64,000 bases of DNA from Hyphococcus sp. (GTDB lineage: Bacteria; Pseudomonadota; Alphaproteobacteria; Caulobacterales; Parvularculaceae), in assembly GCF_965228385.1 (NCBI RefSeq), contig NZ_OZ245810.1, forward strand, positions 1,075,565-1,139,564, read 5' to 3'. Position numbers and translations under genes: made by a program. The notes under the pieces are model-generated. The model was not told the DNA's origin and did no database searches. It saw nothing but the letters and a program-made list of their open reading frames with translations. Shown one piece after another: positions 40,048-49,264 of the stretch. Position 1 is the first letter of the stretch; the number at the start of each line of letters is the position of its first letter.

Positions 40048-40638
40048 TTAATCTTCATCTTGCTGGTTGAGTTCGTAGGGTTCGTTGCGGAAAATCATGG
40101 TCGATACGAGCCGACGCATATTCGTTCCCTCTTCGGCCATGCTGATGCCGATTGCCGGGTTCAGCGTCGTATAGAGATAACAAACACGCACACGGATGAT
40201 CTGCAATTCCTCGCCGGGATCGAATGGCAAAGCCGCCAGGTCTTCCGGCGGCGCGTCCGCGCAAACCGGCGGGGTGTTGTCGGCGGCCAGCTCGTTGAAA
40301 GTGTCAAACGTATCGACTTCCAGCGTCAGGCGGTTGTCGCACCCGCCGAATGAAGAGACAATCCGGCATACGTCGTCGTAAAGACGGTCATATTTTTCTT
40401 CATCGTCGCCGTCCCAGCCTTGCACCTGGCCGGTTTTCACGAGCCGCGCCATGTCCGTAATGGAGGCGTCAACCGCCGAGTTGGCGAAATAAAACCAGCC
40501 GACCTCGAAAATCGAGAACATCATCACCAGGAAGAGCGGCGCGACAATCGCAAACTCGACCGCCGCCGATCCGTCGGTGTTGCTGCGAAAGCCGCAGCGC
40601 CGTCTTTTCAATCGTCGATTTGCCGAACAGCGTAACAT
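40048..40638 (-). CDS. TadE-family pseudopilin
   Basis: GSAAVEFAIVAP motif. Start set at MLRCS (40638). Confidence 0.85.
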   Translation of the reverse strand: MLRCSANRRLKRRRCGFRSNTDGSAAVEFAIVAPLFLVMMFSIFEVGWFYFANSAVDASITDMARLVKTGQVQGWDGDDEEKYDRLYDDVCRIVSSFGGCDNRLTLEVDTFDTFNELAADNTPPVCADAPPEDLAALPFDPGEELQIIRVRVCYLYTTLNPAIGISMAEEGTNMRRLVSTMIFRNEPYELNQQDED

Positions 40639-40651
40639 GGGCCAGCGCCGC

Positions 40652-42760
40652 CTATTTACTGATATGAAGATCGACGAGGTCCGCAGCAATATCGCCGAAT
40701 GCGTCCTCAAGGTCGTTGCCGTCAACCGCGTCATGGAAGTACGGCGCCGTCGGCTTGGTGGCGCAGGCCTTGAACATTTTCCGGACGCTGTTGGAATCGA
40801 GGCCGAACATGATGGTGTAGACGAGATAGCCTTCCGCCTTCATGCGGTGACAAACGCGCAGCAGTTTGTCGTCCAGTTCATTTTTCATTTTCGAATGACT
40901 GTTTCTGCCGACACCCATGCGTTCTTCAATCGCAAAGCCGTACTGGCCCTGGGTGGAGCCATAATGCGTATTGTTGTCGCTGCCGACGACGTTTTCACCA
41001 TCGGTCATGATGACAACGGCCTTTTGCCATTTTTCATAATCGGCGTCGCCGGGGCCGATGCCTTCGGTGAAGGGGGCCTGTTTGGAGAGGACGCGCCATC
41101 CCCAGGCGGCGCCGTGAGCGATGTCGGTATTGCCGTTAGGATAGAGGGAGTCGACATGGTCTTCCACCTCGTCGCGAACATTTGTCAGCGGCAGAATGGG
41201 TCTCGGGCAATCCACCTCCGCCGAAATATAGCTGGAGTTCGGCGTATCGTATTTGCCCTTGTAGGTCATGGTGACGGGGTCCCACCAGCCGACATAGGCC
41301 ATGCGCAGCAAATATTCCTGCCACCCTCTGCCATGGTTGCTATCGTTCAGCGGCGTTGTGGTGATGCTCAGTTCATCAAGGAAGTCGACAAAGTCGGAAT
41401 CGGCAATATCGCCTGACAAAACTTCGCGAAAATAGTGCACAACCTTGGCGTACTTATCGAATTGTGCGTTTCCCGCATGCGTATAATTATTGTCGTTGAC
41501 GAAATAGTAGTGGTTTTGTCCGTACGCGCTTTCGCTGATATTTCTGTTCGATTTGTGGTTGTTATCATCATCCGGGTCATCGAAATAATAGCCATACCAT
41601 GGCGTGCCATAAATAGTGGTTCCAGAAGCATTGTTATAATCGCTGTCAGATTGGCAATCGGCTGAATTATTGCAGTCTGCAGCGTCAGGCAGGAACACGG
41701 GCACCCAGTTGAAGTTTACCGAGCTTGTCAGTTCCGATGAATCGACGGAATATGCGGGCGCGTTATTGAACGCGTCGTACATTTCCTCTTCTTCATCGTT
41801 TTCTTCATCCTGATATTCCTCAGGCGTGGCCATATAGACCGCCAGATCCGTGGATGACATCGAGCCGCCGGGCGGAATATCAAGTTCGTCCAGCGGGTAG
41901 GGGCGCGCCTCGACGCATCCCTGCCAGTCGGCGCCGGGCGTTGTATTGTAAAGCGTGAAATGATTGACCTTCGTGTCCATATCGACGTTACCGTCTTTAT
42001 CGACATGGAAAAACCGGCGGCCGTGATAATAGGCGGCGGCGCCGGTGTCCGCCCAGGCGTTATTCCAGCCTGTCGAACCGCCCGGGTTGATGTTGGCGTT
42101 GAACGGCACAACGCCGATCTTGATGTTTTCACTCGTCTCGTCGCCGCCGTAAAGCACGTCCATCAGCGTATCGACGGCGTCCTTCAGGCTGTCGATTTTC
42201 TTCTCTCCGTCGATTTTGTCGTCCATTGAACCGGTGACGTCGAGAACAAGCGCCAGTTCAACGCGGCCTGAACCTTTTTTGGTAATCTCGACGCATTTAT
42301 CGATATTCAGATTTTTGATACCGGCGGCGCCGAGCAGATAGGTGTCTATTCTTCCTGTAATGCAGGTTCCGACGACCGCGTCATTATCGAGCGCAAATAC
42401 AATGTTCCATCCCGCTTCAAGGTTTTGCTCATAGTTGAAGTTCGCTTCGAAAAATTTCCGGCCGTAATCTTTCAGTTCTGCTTCCGTCAGGTCAGGGTTG
42501 TTAGCGGCGAGCTGCGCCAGCGCAAGACTGGCGGCGTCCATGGACTCCACCATGTCGGCGCGCACGGCGTTCCAGCGCGAATAATCCACCGCGCCGCCGG
42601 CGAACAGAAACAGGAGCGTCGCCATGAACGCAAAAAGAAAGACGATATTGCCGTCGCGATTGGCGCCAAATCGTTTGACGAGATGCGTCAGGCGGCGCCG
42701 CGTGCGGGCGCCTGAACGATTTTCAGCATCAACTTTTCTACCGGCATTCTGGACCAGCAT
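40652..42760 (-). CDS. TadG-like pilin with split VWA domain (CpaL-like)
   Basis: GNIVFLFA Tad N-terminus, LVLDVTGSM, GNTDIAHG and IMTDGEN; GGGGAG RBS. Confidence 0.85.
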   Translation of the reverse strand: MLVQNAGRKVDAENRSGARTRRRLTHLVKRFGANRDGNIVFLFAFMATLLFLFAGGAVDYSRWNAVRADMVESMDAASLALAQLAANNPDLTEAELKDYGRKFFEANFNYEQNLEAGWNIVFALDNDAVVGTCITGRIDTYLLGAAGIKNLNIDKCVEITKKGSGRVELALVLDVTGSMDDKIDGEKKIDSLKDAVDTLMDVLYGGDETSENIKIGVVPFNANINPGGSTGWNNAWADTGAAAYYHGRRFFHVDKDGNVDMDTKVNHFTLYNTTPGADWQGCVEARPYPLDELDIPPGGSMSSTDLAVYMATPEEYQDEENDEEEEMYDAFNNAPAYSVDSSELTSSVNFNWVPVFLPDAADCNNSADCQSDSDYNNASGTTIYGTPWYGYYFDDPDDDNNHKSNRNISESAYGQNHYYFVNDNNYTHAGNAQFDKYAKVVHYFREVLSGDIADSDFVDFLDELSITTTPLNDSNHGRGWQEYLLRMAYVGWWDPVTMTYKGKYDTPNSSYISAEVDCPRPILPLTNVRDEVEDHVDSLYPNGNTDIAHGAAWGWRVLSKQAPFTEGIGPGDADYEKWQKAVVIMTDGENVVGSDNNTHYGSTQGQYGFAIEERMGVGRNSHSKMKNELDDKLLRVCHRMKAEGYLVYTIMFGLDSNSVRKMFKACATKPTAPYFHDAVDGNDLEDAFGDIAADLVDLHISK

Positions 42761-43362
42761 CGGAAACTCCCCGCAACTATTTGCGCGAAGGACAGAATGC
42801 AGCCGCTATCATTAAAGCGCCGTAAGCAAACGTAGTTAATAAAAAAAGAAAAGCTGCAATTTGAAGAAAAAGTGAAAGCCGCGCGAAACGGGCGCCTTTG
42901 CAGATAAAGGATGCACATGGAGTTCTTAAACGGCGTTAACAGGCGCGCTACATTTGCGTTGAAGCGGAAATAATCGCGATCAAAAAAACAAACGCCCGCG
43001 CGGCGCCCTATGGCGCCTTCCGGCAGTCTTTTACGAAAGAGGGCGCGGGAAGGACCGGCAATCCTTCCCCGCCGCATGGCTGCGCCGGCGCCCTCGACTG
43101 CGGCCCTGAAGCATCACAACTGACATAGCGCGCTGTGGAAAGGCCTTTGGCTGGAAGCGGCCGATTCCGGCGCGCGCCGCAAGAGGCAGGCGCTTATTTC
43201 CTAAAGATATCAATTGTATAGGAACATCGCCTGTGTCGTCGCCTATCGCCGCCTGGCGCTCGTTTTCACGCCCCGGCGCTCTCAAAAATTTCACGCAAAT
43301 CTCGCTGTTTTTCCCAGAATCCGTGTTATTAACCATATTACTGGTCTTTATGGAGGGGAGTC

Positions 43363-44454
43363 ATGGGTTCCAAACTGGCGTATCGCCGCGTCGCCGCAGG
43401 CGCAGTCATCACCGCCGCTATGTTGTCGGCGTCGCCCGCAATTGCCGGGCGTTGCGGCTATTCCTATGCGGTGGATTCCCCGACAACGCTCTCCAAGGTT
43501 GCGCGCGCCTGTAATGTATCTTTTGCAGCGCTGGTGGAAGCCAATCGCGGCGTCGACCCGGGTTACGTTCGCCCGGGCGAGCATCTGGCTGTGCCCGACG
43601 AGGTGGACAATCCCCAAGACGCCGTGGCGCCCGATCCTGATGCGCCTTCCGTCGATACGAGCCCGGCCGCGCCGGTGGTGCGTCATCCCTATATCGCGAC
43701 GCGCCCGCTGAACACGCAACGCCGCTACGACGCGAGCTATGAAACGAGTTATGAGACTCAGCGGCGCTACGAATATTATGACGGGTACTACAATGATGAT
43801 GGGCGCCATTATGACGATTATTATCATGATGATGGGCGCAGCGACTTTCGCCCGATCAACGCCAGCGCCCGCGCGCCCGCGACCTATTTCGGGATAAGCG
43901 CCGCGCCGGTTGAGACACGCCGGGATTCGCGCCTGAGCTATCAAAAACTGTCCGCGTCGCGAATCCGCAACGCCGGTTATGCGGCGCAACCGCAGATTAC
44001 GCCCCGGTCTGTCTATTGGGATAACCCCGCGCAGATACGCACCGTCAGCGCCTATCCAACGCCGATTATGGAATGTTCCGTCCTGCGGCGTCAGCCAAAC
44101 GGAAAAATCCAGCAGGTGCGGGAATTGAGACCGGCGCCGGAGCTGGAACATCAGGAAACGCCGGCGCATTGCGCGTCCGTTAAGCTAGGCAAGCCCGCCA
44201 GCGCGATCATGACGCGCAGCGCATTCGCGCAAAACCTGCCGCAAGAGTTTGCGGTGCTGCGCGGCCGCGTCGTCTCGGTGGATTTCGGCTGCATGACGTT
44301 ACAGGGCGATGATGGATTGCATTGGCGTATCAATGCGCCGCAATCCGCCAGCGATATGTTCGGCAAGGAAGCCACGGTCTGGGCTGCGCCCACGCGCGAT
44401 CAGTCCTGCGGCGGCCTTATGCTGGATCATGCGGTGTACGCTGAGAAACTATAA
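43363..44454 (+). CDS. Secreted LysM-domain protein with a Tyr/Asp-rich region
   Basis: Signal peptide and LysM (TLSKVAR...LVEANRGVDPGYVRPGEHLAVP); C-terminal Cys-containing domain. Confidence 0.8.
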   Translation: MGSKLAYRRVAAGAVITAAMLSASPAIAGRCGYSYAVDSPTTLSKVARACNVSFAALVEANRGVDPGYVRPGEHLAVPDEVDNPQDAVAPDPDAPSVDTSPAAPVVRHPYIATRPLNTQRRYDASYETSYETQRRYEYYDGYYNDDGRHYDDYYHDDGRSDFRPINASARAPATYFGISAAPVETRRDSRLSYQKLSASRIRNAGYAAQPQITPRSVYWDNPAQIRTVSAYPTPIMECSVLRRQPNGKIQQVRELRPAPELEHQETPAHCASVKLGKPASAIMTRSAFAQNLPQEFAVLRGRVVSVDFGCMTLQGDDGLHWRINAPQSASDMFGKEATVWAAPTRDQSCGGLMLDHAVYAEKL

Positions 44455-44679
44455 TTCGTGAGTTGCATCAACGGATAGAGGAACGCGTCGCATTCTGTTG
44501 CATTTGCGTGATTGCGAAGGTTTTTCGCATCGGTCTTTCTGCAAATGGCATCACAGCTGCGTCTCTGTCATCCGGCGAACGTTGTGTTGGCGGCCACGAT
44601 ATAATTTTTTGCCGGCGAATGCGGCAGAGTTGACGACCGTTCGCCGCGAAAACGCAAGTGATCTAAAACGGGGGGATTT

Positions 44680-45717
44680 ATGGCCTATTCAAAGACGTGC
44701 GGCGCGGCGGTTTTCGCCGCTTTTTTATTGATCGCTTCTTGCGGCTCGCCGGAGGCGAAAACCGAAACCGCCAATGATGCGGCGGCAATGCAGACGCAAA
44801 GCGCCGCTGCGGCGTCCGGCGCGCAAACATCACCGGGCGCGGCGGCGCAGACTGCAGCGCAAACGCAACCCGTTTTCGGCTTTGAATCGATCCTGAAAAC
44901 GCCGATCTACGACGATGGAACCATTGCGCTGACAGAGTATGATCTGATTTTTGCGCCGCAAGGCGAAGTGGACGCCAGCGCCGTCATCAAATCGGGAAAC
45001 GATACCGCTGCAACATTCGGGTTTTTTCCCACTTACAAGTTCGGGCAGGGCGTCTTTGGCCGTCTGCGTGCGGAAAATCATTCCACCGCCACTTTGACGC
45101 CAGGAAATTATAAATTGGACCTCTACGTATCAGGCGCGCTGGCGACGAGCGTACCGTTCAATGTGGTCGCCGGCGCATCGAGCGATGATCCGTTCAATCC
45201 GCAGAGCACGGTGAAATTTGTCGGACCGTGGCAGGAATTTGCATATTTCATTTTCACGCCGTTTCAGGACAGCGAAGCGGTGAACGTCAATTTCTGGGCG
45301 GGCGCGAGCGATCTGGCGCCGGGCGTGACGCGCGCGCCGGTGCAAATCAAACTGAGCCGCAATGGCAAGCTTGTGGCGCATAGTAAACAGACGCAAGGCA
45401 TGCTGGACCATGAATTGCTCCGTAAACACACTTTGACGCTTTACCAGCCGCACGACAGGAACGGGGCGGCCAATGCAACCCTGTTCAGCAAGAACGACAT
45501 TCAACAAAACGGCGACTACACGCTGACAGTGGAGCTGACTGAAACCGGTGAGACAATCCGCGAATACGCCTTCCAGTCGAAAGGCGGCGAACTTGTGCCC
45601 CATGCCCGCACGGCGTTGGGCTATCAGCCGCGGGAGGATTACATCGCGCCACGGGTGTTGAAGCCGGGAACGACGTCATATGAATTCGTGGAAGCGTACT
45701 GGATAGAGGCGCCCTGA
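44680..45717 (+). CDS. Hypothetical lipoprotein
   Basis: Lipobox LIASC, Ala/Gln linker, beta-rich body. Confidence 0.75.
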   Translation: MAYSKTCGAAVFAAFLLIASCGSPEAKTETANDAAAMQTQSAAAASGAQTSPGAAAQTAAQTQPVFGFESILKTPIYDDGTIALTEYDLIFAPQGEVDASAVIKSGNDTAATFGFFPTYKFGQGVFGRLRAENHSTATLTPGNYKLDLYVSGALATSVPFNVVAGASSDDPFNPQSTVKFVGPWQEFAYFIFTPFQDSEAVNVNFWAGASDLAPGVTRAPVQIKLSRNGKLVAHSKQTQGMLDHELLRKHTLTLYQPHDRNGAANATLFSKNDIQQNGDYTLTVELTETGETIREYAFQSKGGELVPHARTALGYQPREDYIAPRVLKPGTTSYEFVEAYWIEAP

Positions 45718-45726
45718 ATTGTCAGA

Positions 45727-45748
45727 CGCGGCGCTTGAAAACGCCGCG
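45727..45748. terminator. Hairpin after the lipoprotein gene
   Basis: CGCGGCG-CTTGAAAA-CGCCGCG. Confidence 0.45.
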
Positions 45749-45817
45749 AAATCGACACGATCACTGACTACCGGAAAGCCCGTCACCCAATAGTCGAGAG
45801 GCCGCTTGACGAAGTTC

Positions 45818-46753
45818 ATGCAGATAGACAGTTTGCGCGCCCATTTGCGCAGCCGGGTGGAAGACCGCCTCGACAGGGCCGCCAAGATTTATCTTGGCGA
45901 TCCCATGCTGGCGAAAGTCAATTTCGCCGAGCCGGCGGGAGAGCCGGCGCTTGTGGGGCCGGATTCAGTTTCCTGGCGGATTTTCAAAAATCCGGTGACG
46001 CTGTTTATCGGCGGCGTCGCCGCGGTCATTCTTGAATTCGCCGAACCGCGCGTGCGGTCAGGCGTGTGGGACAACACAAGTTTCCGGACGGACCCGGTGC
46101 GCCGGCTGAAGCGCACGGGGCTGGCGGCCATGGTCACTGTTTACGGCGCTCGAAGCGTTGCTGAAACGATGATCGCCGGGGTCAATCGCATGCATGCGCG
46201 CATCGCAGGCGAAACCCCGGAGGGAACGCCTTATACAGCGAGCGATCCTGAATTGCTGCGCTGGGTGCAGGCCACCGCCGCTTTTGGTTTCATGGAAAGC
46301 TATTCCGCCTACGCATCACCTTTAAGCGACGCCGACCGCGACCGGTACTACGCCGAAGGCCGGCCGGCCGCGCTGTTATACGGCGCGGCTGACGCGCCGC
46401 GCTCGCTGGCTGAGGAACGCGCGCTGTTTAAAGACATGCTGCCCGCCCTGGAAGCGTCTGGGATTATTTTTGAATTCCTATCGATCATGAAAAAGGCGGA
46501 AGCGTTTCCGCAGCCGGCGCAACTGGCGCAGCATTCGCTGGTGCGCGCGGCTGTCGACATCGTGCCTGAGGAAATCCGCCAAATTCTCGGTCTCACCGAG
46601 CGCCATGGGTTGCGACCGTTTGAGGGGCGCGTGGTGAAGCGCATGGCGCGCCGGGCCGACCGTCTGGTGTTGCGATCGAGCCCGGCGGCGCAGGCCTGCA
46701 AGCGTCTGGGGCTTGCAGCGGATTATCTGTATAGACCGCGTTATTCCGGCTGA
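45818..46753 (+). CDS. Oxygenase MpaB / DUF2236 family protein (start uncertain)
   Basis: SVSWRIF, GGVAAVILE, RRLKRTG, VNRMHARI and LRWVQATA motifs. Confidence 0.85.
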   Translation: MQIDSLRAHLRSRVEDRLDRAAKIYLGDPMLAKVNFAEPAGEPALVGPDSVSWRIFKNPVTLFIGGVAAVILEFAEPRVRSGVWDNTSFRTDPVRRLKRTGLAAMVTVYGARSVAETMIAGVNRMHARIAGETPEGTPYTASDPELLRWVQATAAFGFMESYSAYASPLSDADRDRYYAEGRPAALLYGAADAPRSLAEERALFKDMLPALEASGIIFEFLSIMKKAEAFPQPAQLAQHSLVRAAVDIVPEEIRQILGLTERHGLRPFEGRVVKRMARRADRLVLRSSPAAQACKRLGLAADYLYRPRYSG

Positions 46754-47889
46754 TCGCGCGGCGCCTTCCGCATCATTTTCACCCCGAACAGTTCTTCAGT
46801 GACGATCATTGCAGCAATATCGGCGTTCACCTCAGGATTGTTCGATGCGGTGAAAATGATCAGGCCGTGATCGGCGTAGTCGGTCCAGTTGGCGAAGAAA
46901 TTACCATTGCCGCCATTGTGCCAGTAGGACCGTCCAAAAAACGGATCTTCCATCACGACTAATCCATAGCCGTAATGGCCGGGCGCGTTTTCGCCTTCGC
47001 GCTGCATGGGGGCCTGCGCCAGTTCAACCGCTGCGGGAGAAACAATATCGCCGCCGGCGAATGCGCGCCGGAATTTTATCATGTCTTCAGCCGTGGCGAT
47101 CAATCCGCCGTTGCCGATCAGCGCCCAATGGGATTTACCGCCCCAGCTGCCTTCGGCGATGGCTTTTCCATCCTGCATGAGAAGAGATTTTCGGGCGTCA
47201 AAAGCCTTCTCATAGCCGACCGCGTCGACGCCCGCGCCTTTCAGTAACTCCTCGCGCAGAAACGCCTCATACGACTTGCCCGAAACCTGCTCGATAATGG
47301 CGGCGGCGAGGGAAAATCCTACATTGGAATATTCATACCCGCTTCCCGGTTCAAACAGGAGATCCGACGCCATGGCGCGGTTCAGGAATTCATCCCTGGA
47401 AAGAAATTCCAGATCTTCGCCGAGCGCGGGCGCAAAACCGGCTGAATGCGTCAGCAATTGATGGACCGAAATGTTGGCCTTGTCCGCCGGGGCGTCCGGG
47501 AAATATTTCGACAATCGATCCGCCATGGAAAGCTTGCCCTGATCCACAAGTTTGACCGCCGCCGCGCCGGTGAAGGTTTTTGTGATCGAACCGACGTCAA
47601 GAAGGGTGTCTTTATCAGGCAGCCCGTCTGCGGCGGCGTTCTCGCCAAAGCCGGCGTAAACCGGTGCGGCGCCGTCTTTTGCGAGTGCAATGACGCCGGT
47701 AAAGCCCATGTCTCTGAGCCTTTCCCCGGCGCTGTCAAATCCATCGCTGATCTGGACGGCTGTCGGGGTGGAAAGCGGCTGCGCATGGGCGGGCGCGCAC
47801 AGCGTCAGCAGCGCCACAGCGCAGCATGAGATTTGGCGAATGCGGCGCGCGGTGAAGCGAATAGTGTTTGTGTTGTAGATGAACGTCAT
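46741..47889 (-). CDS. Serine hydrolase (beta-lactamase fold)
   Basis: GSITK, LLTHSAG, YSN and HNGG motifs. Confidence 0.88.
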   Translation of the reverse strand: MTFIYNTNTIRFTARRIRQISCCAVALLTLCAPAHAQPLSTPTAVQISDGFDSAGERLRDMGFTGVIALAKDGAAPVYAGFGENAAADGLPDKDTLLDVGSITKTFTGAAAVKLVDQGKLSMADRLSKYFPDAPADKANISVHQLLTHSAGFAPALGEDLEFLSRDEFLNRAMASDLLFEPGSGYEYSNVGFSLAAAIIEQVSGKSYEAFLREELLKGAGVDAVGYEKAFDARKSLLMQDGKAIAEGSWGGKSHWALIGNGGLIATAEDMIKFRRAFAGGDIVSPAAVELAQAPMQREGENAPGHYGYGLVVMEDPFFGRSYWHNGGNGNFFANWTDYADHGLIIFTASNNPEVNADIAAMIVTEELFGVKMMRKAPRDQPE

Positions 47890-47978
47890 TTGGATAAAGT
47901 CCTTCGATTAGTTACACTTGTCGCGTTTTGCACCGATGCGGACGTGGAAAGCCTGAAGAAAACATTTCGAGATATGTC

Positions 47979-48590
47979 ATGTCCCTCACGCAAACGACGA
48001 AGCATCCTTCTGATCCCGCTGAAAACTGCCACATCCGGCTTGGCGCGGCGACCTACGATCCGAAATTGCGCATTGTGACGGCGAATGGCGGCGCGCAGCC
48101 GCTGGAGCCAAAATTGGGCGAGTTACTTGTGCTCCTGGCGACATCAGACGGTCCCGTTTCCAGGGACGCGTTACTGGACCGTATCTGGGGCGATGAAGGC
48201 TCGGACGAGGCGCTGACGCAGGCGGTTTCGAAATTGCGCCGCGCATTGGGGGATGTGAACAGGCCCTACGCCATCATCCAGACTGTTCCGCGTTATGGAT
48301 ATCAAATCGGCAATGGCATTGCTGTTCCTGTCCACTCAGTCGAAGCGGCGGATGATTCGCGCAGTATCACATCGGGTTTGCGTGCGCATGTGAACAGGCG
48401 CCGCGAGTTTTACTTTGGCGCGCTTTGCGGCGCCGGGCTAGTTATCGTCGCGGTTGCGATTTTGGTGCTGCTCAATCCGCCAAGGCTCCTTGAAAAGGAA
48501 GTTATCTGCGGGGAGGGCGTATCGGCGGCGGATTGCGTGACGACCATACGAAGCGGGTCGGACAGCCCTGGCGGCAATCGCATCGATTAA
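47979..48590 (+). CDS. Membrane-anchored winged-helix regulator (CadC/ToxR-like)
   Basis: LEPKLGELL...SRDALLDRIWG...LTQAVSKLRRAL...TVPRYGY, then one TM helix and a short tail. Confidence 0.85.
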   Translation: MSLTQTTKHPSDPAENCHIRLGAATYDPKLRIVTANGGAQPLEPKLGELLVLLATSDGPVSRDALLDRIWGDEGSDEALTQAVSKLRRALGDVNRPYAIIQTVPRYGYQIGNGIAVPVHSVEAADDSRSITSGLRAHVNRRREFYFGALCGAGLVIVAVAILVLLNPPRLLEKEVICGEGVSAADCVTTIRSGSDSPGGNRID

Positions 48591-49138
48591 GTCACGCCGT
48601 CCCGGCAAGCGCGAATAACGCGCCGGTATTTGGCGTCGGGCGGCAGCTCCATGCTTTTGCCCTGCATGCGAACCGTAAAGGCGCTTTCAGTTTGCATGAG
48701 CGCGTCCACAAACAGCCCGTTCGGCGCTGCGGCCCCTTCAACCATGGGAAGGCCCTGGCCTCTGTCGACCACCTCGATATTCGTTGGCGATCCATCGATT
48801 TCCATGGTCATTTCACCATTGTCGCCGTTTAAAGGCCCGGCGTGGGTAAAGATGATCTGGCCGTTCTGACAACTGATCGCAAACACCGCTTCACTGGCCG
48901 GAGGGCCGAACCCCGCCCAGGGATAGCCGTCCGTTTCTTTATAATGCCACTCGCCGGGAACCGTGGCCACGGATCTGGCGACATTGCGTTCTGAGGCAGT
49001 TGCATTCGTGTTTGCGCGCTCCGGCGCCTCGTCAGCGCGGCCGGCGGCGGTTCGATCGTCCGCCGTCACGTCGCTATCGGAATCTCCACAAGCAGCGGCG
49101 AGGGCGGCCAGTCCGGCGATGGCAATGATTTTTTTCAC
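48587..49138 (-). CDS. Hypothetical lipoprotein
   Basis: Lipobox LAAAC; 183 aa. Confidence 0.75.
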   Translation of the reverse strand: MKKIIAIAGLAALAAACGDSDSDVTADDRTAAGRADEAPERANTNATASERNVARSVATVPGEWHYKETDGYPWAGFGPPASEAVFAISCQNGQIIFTHAGPLNGDNGEMTMEIDGSPTNIEVVDRGQGLPMVEGAAAPNGLFVDALMQTESAFTVRMQGKSMELPPDAKYRRVIRACRDGVT

Positions 49139-49264
49139 AGCGAATTCCTTTGATCCCGCCTTCTACTAACCCGGCCCATTTAAAGCGGTTCCGAACATCG
49201 CTATTTGCGCCCCGCGCCCAAGCGGATTAAGGATGCGGCGCATTCAAAGCCTTCACGGATTTCC

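Noticed and set aside
42926-42940. TTAA-N6-TTAAC upstream of tadG as a CtrA site
   Set aside because: The spacer is 6 nt rather than 7; biologically plausible but not supportable from sequence alone.
43329-43336. TTAACCAT CtrA half-site before the LysM gene
   Set aside because: A single half-site, too short to distinguish from chance.
44544-44560. TGGCAT-N5-CTGC as a sigma54 promoter
   Set aside because: Mismatches in both elements and no supporting context.
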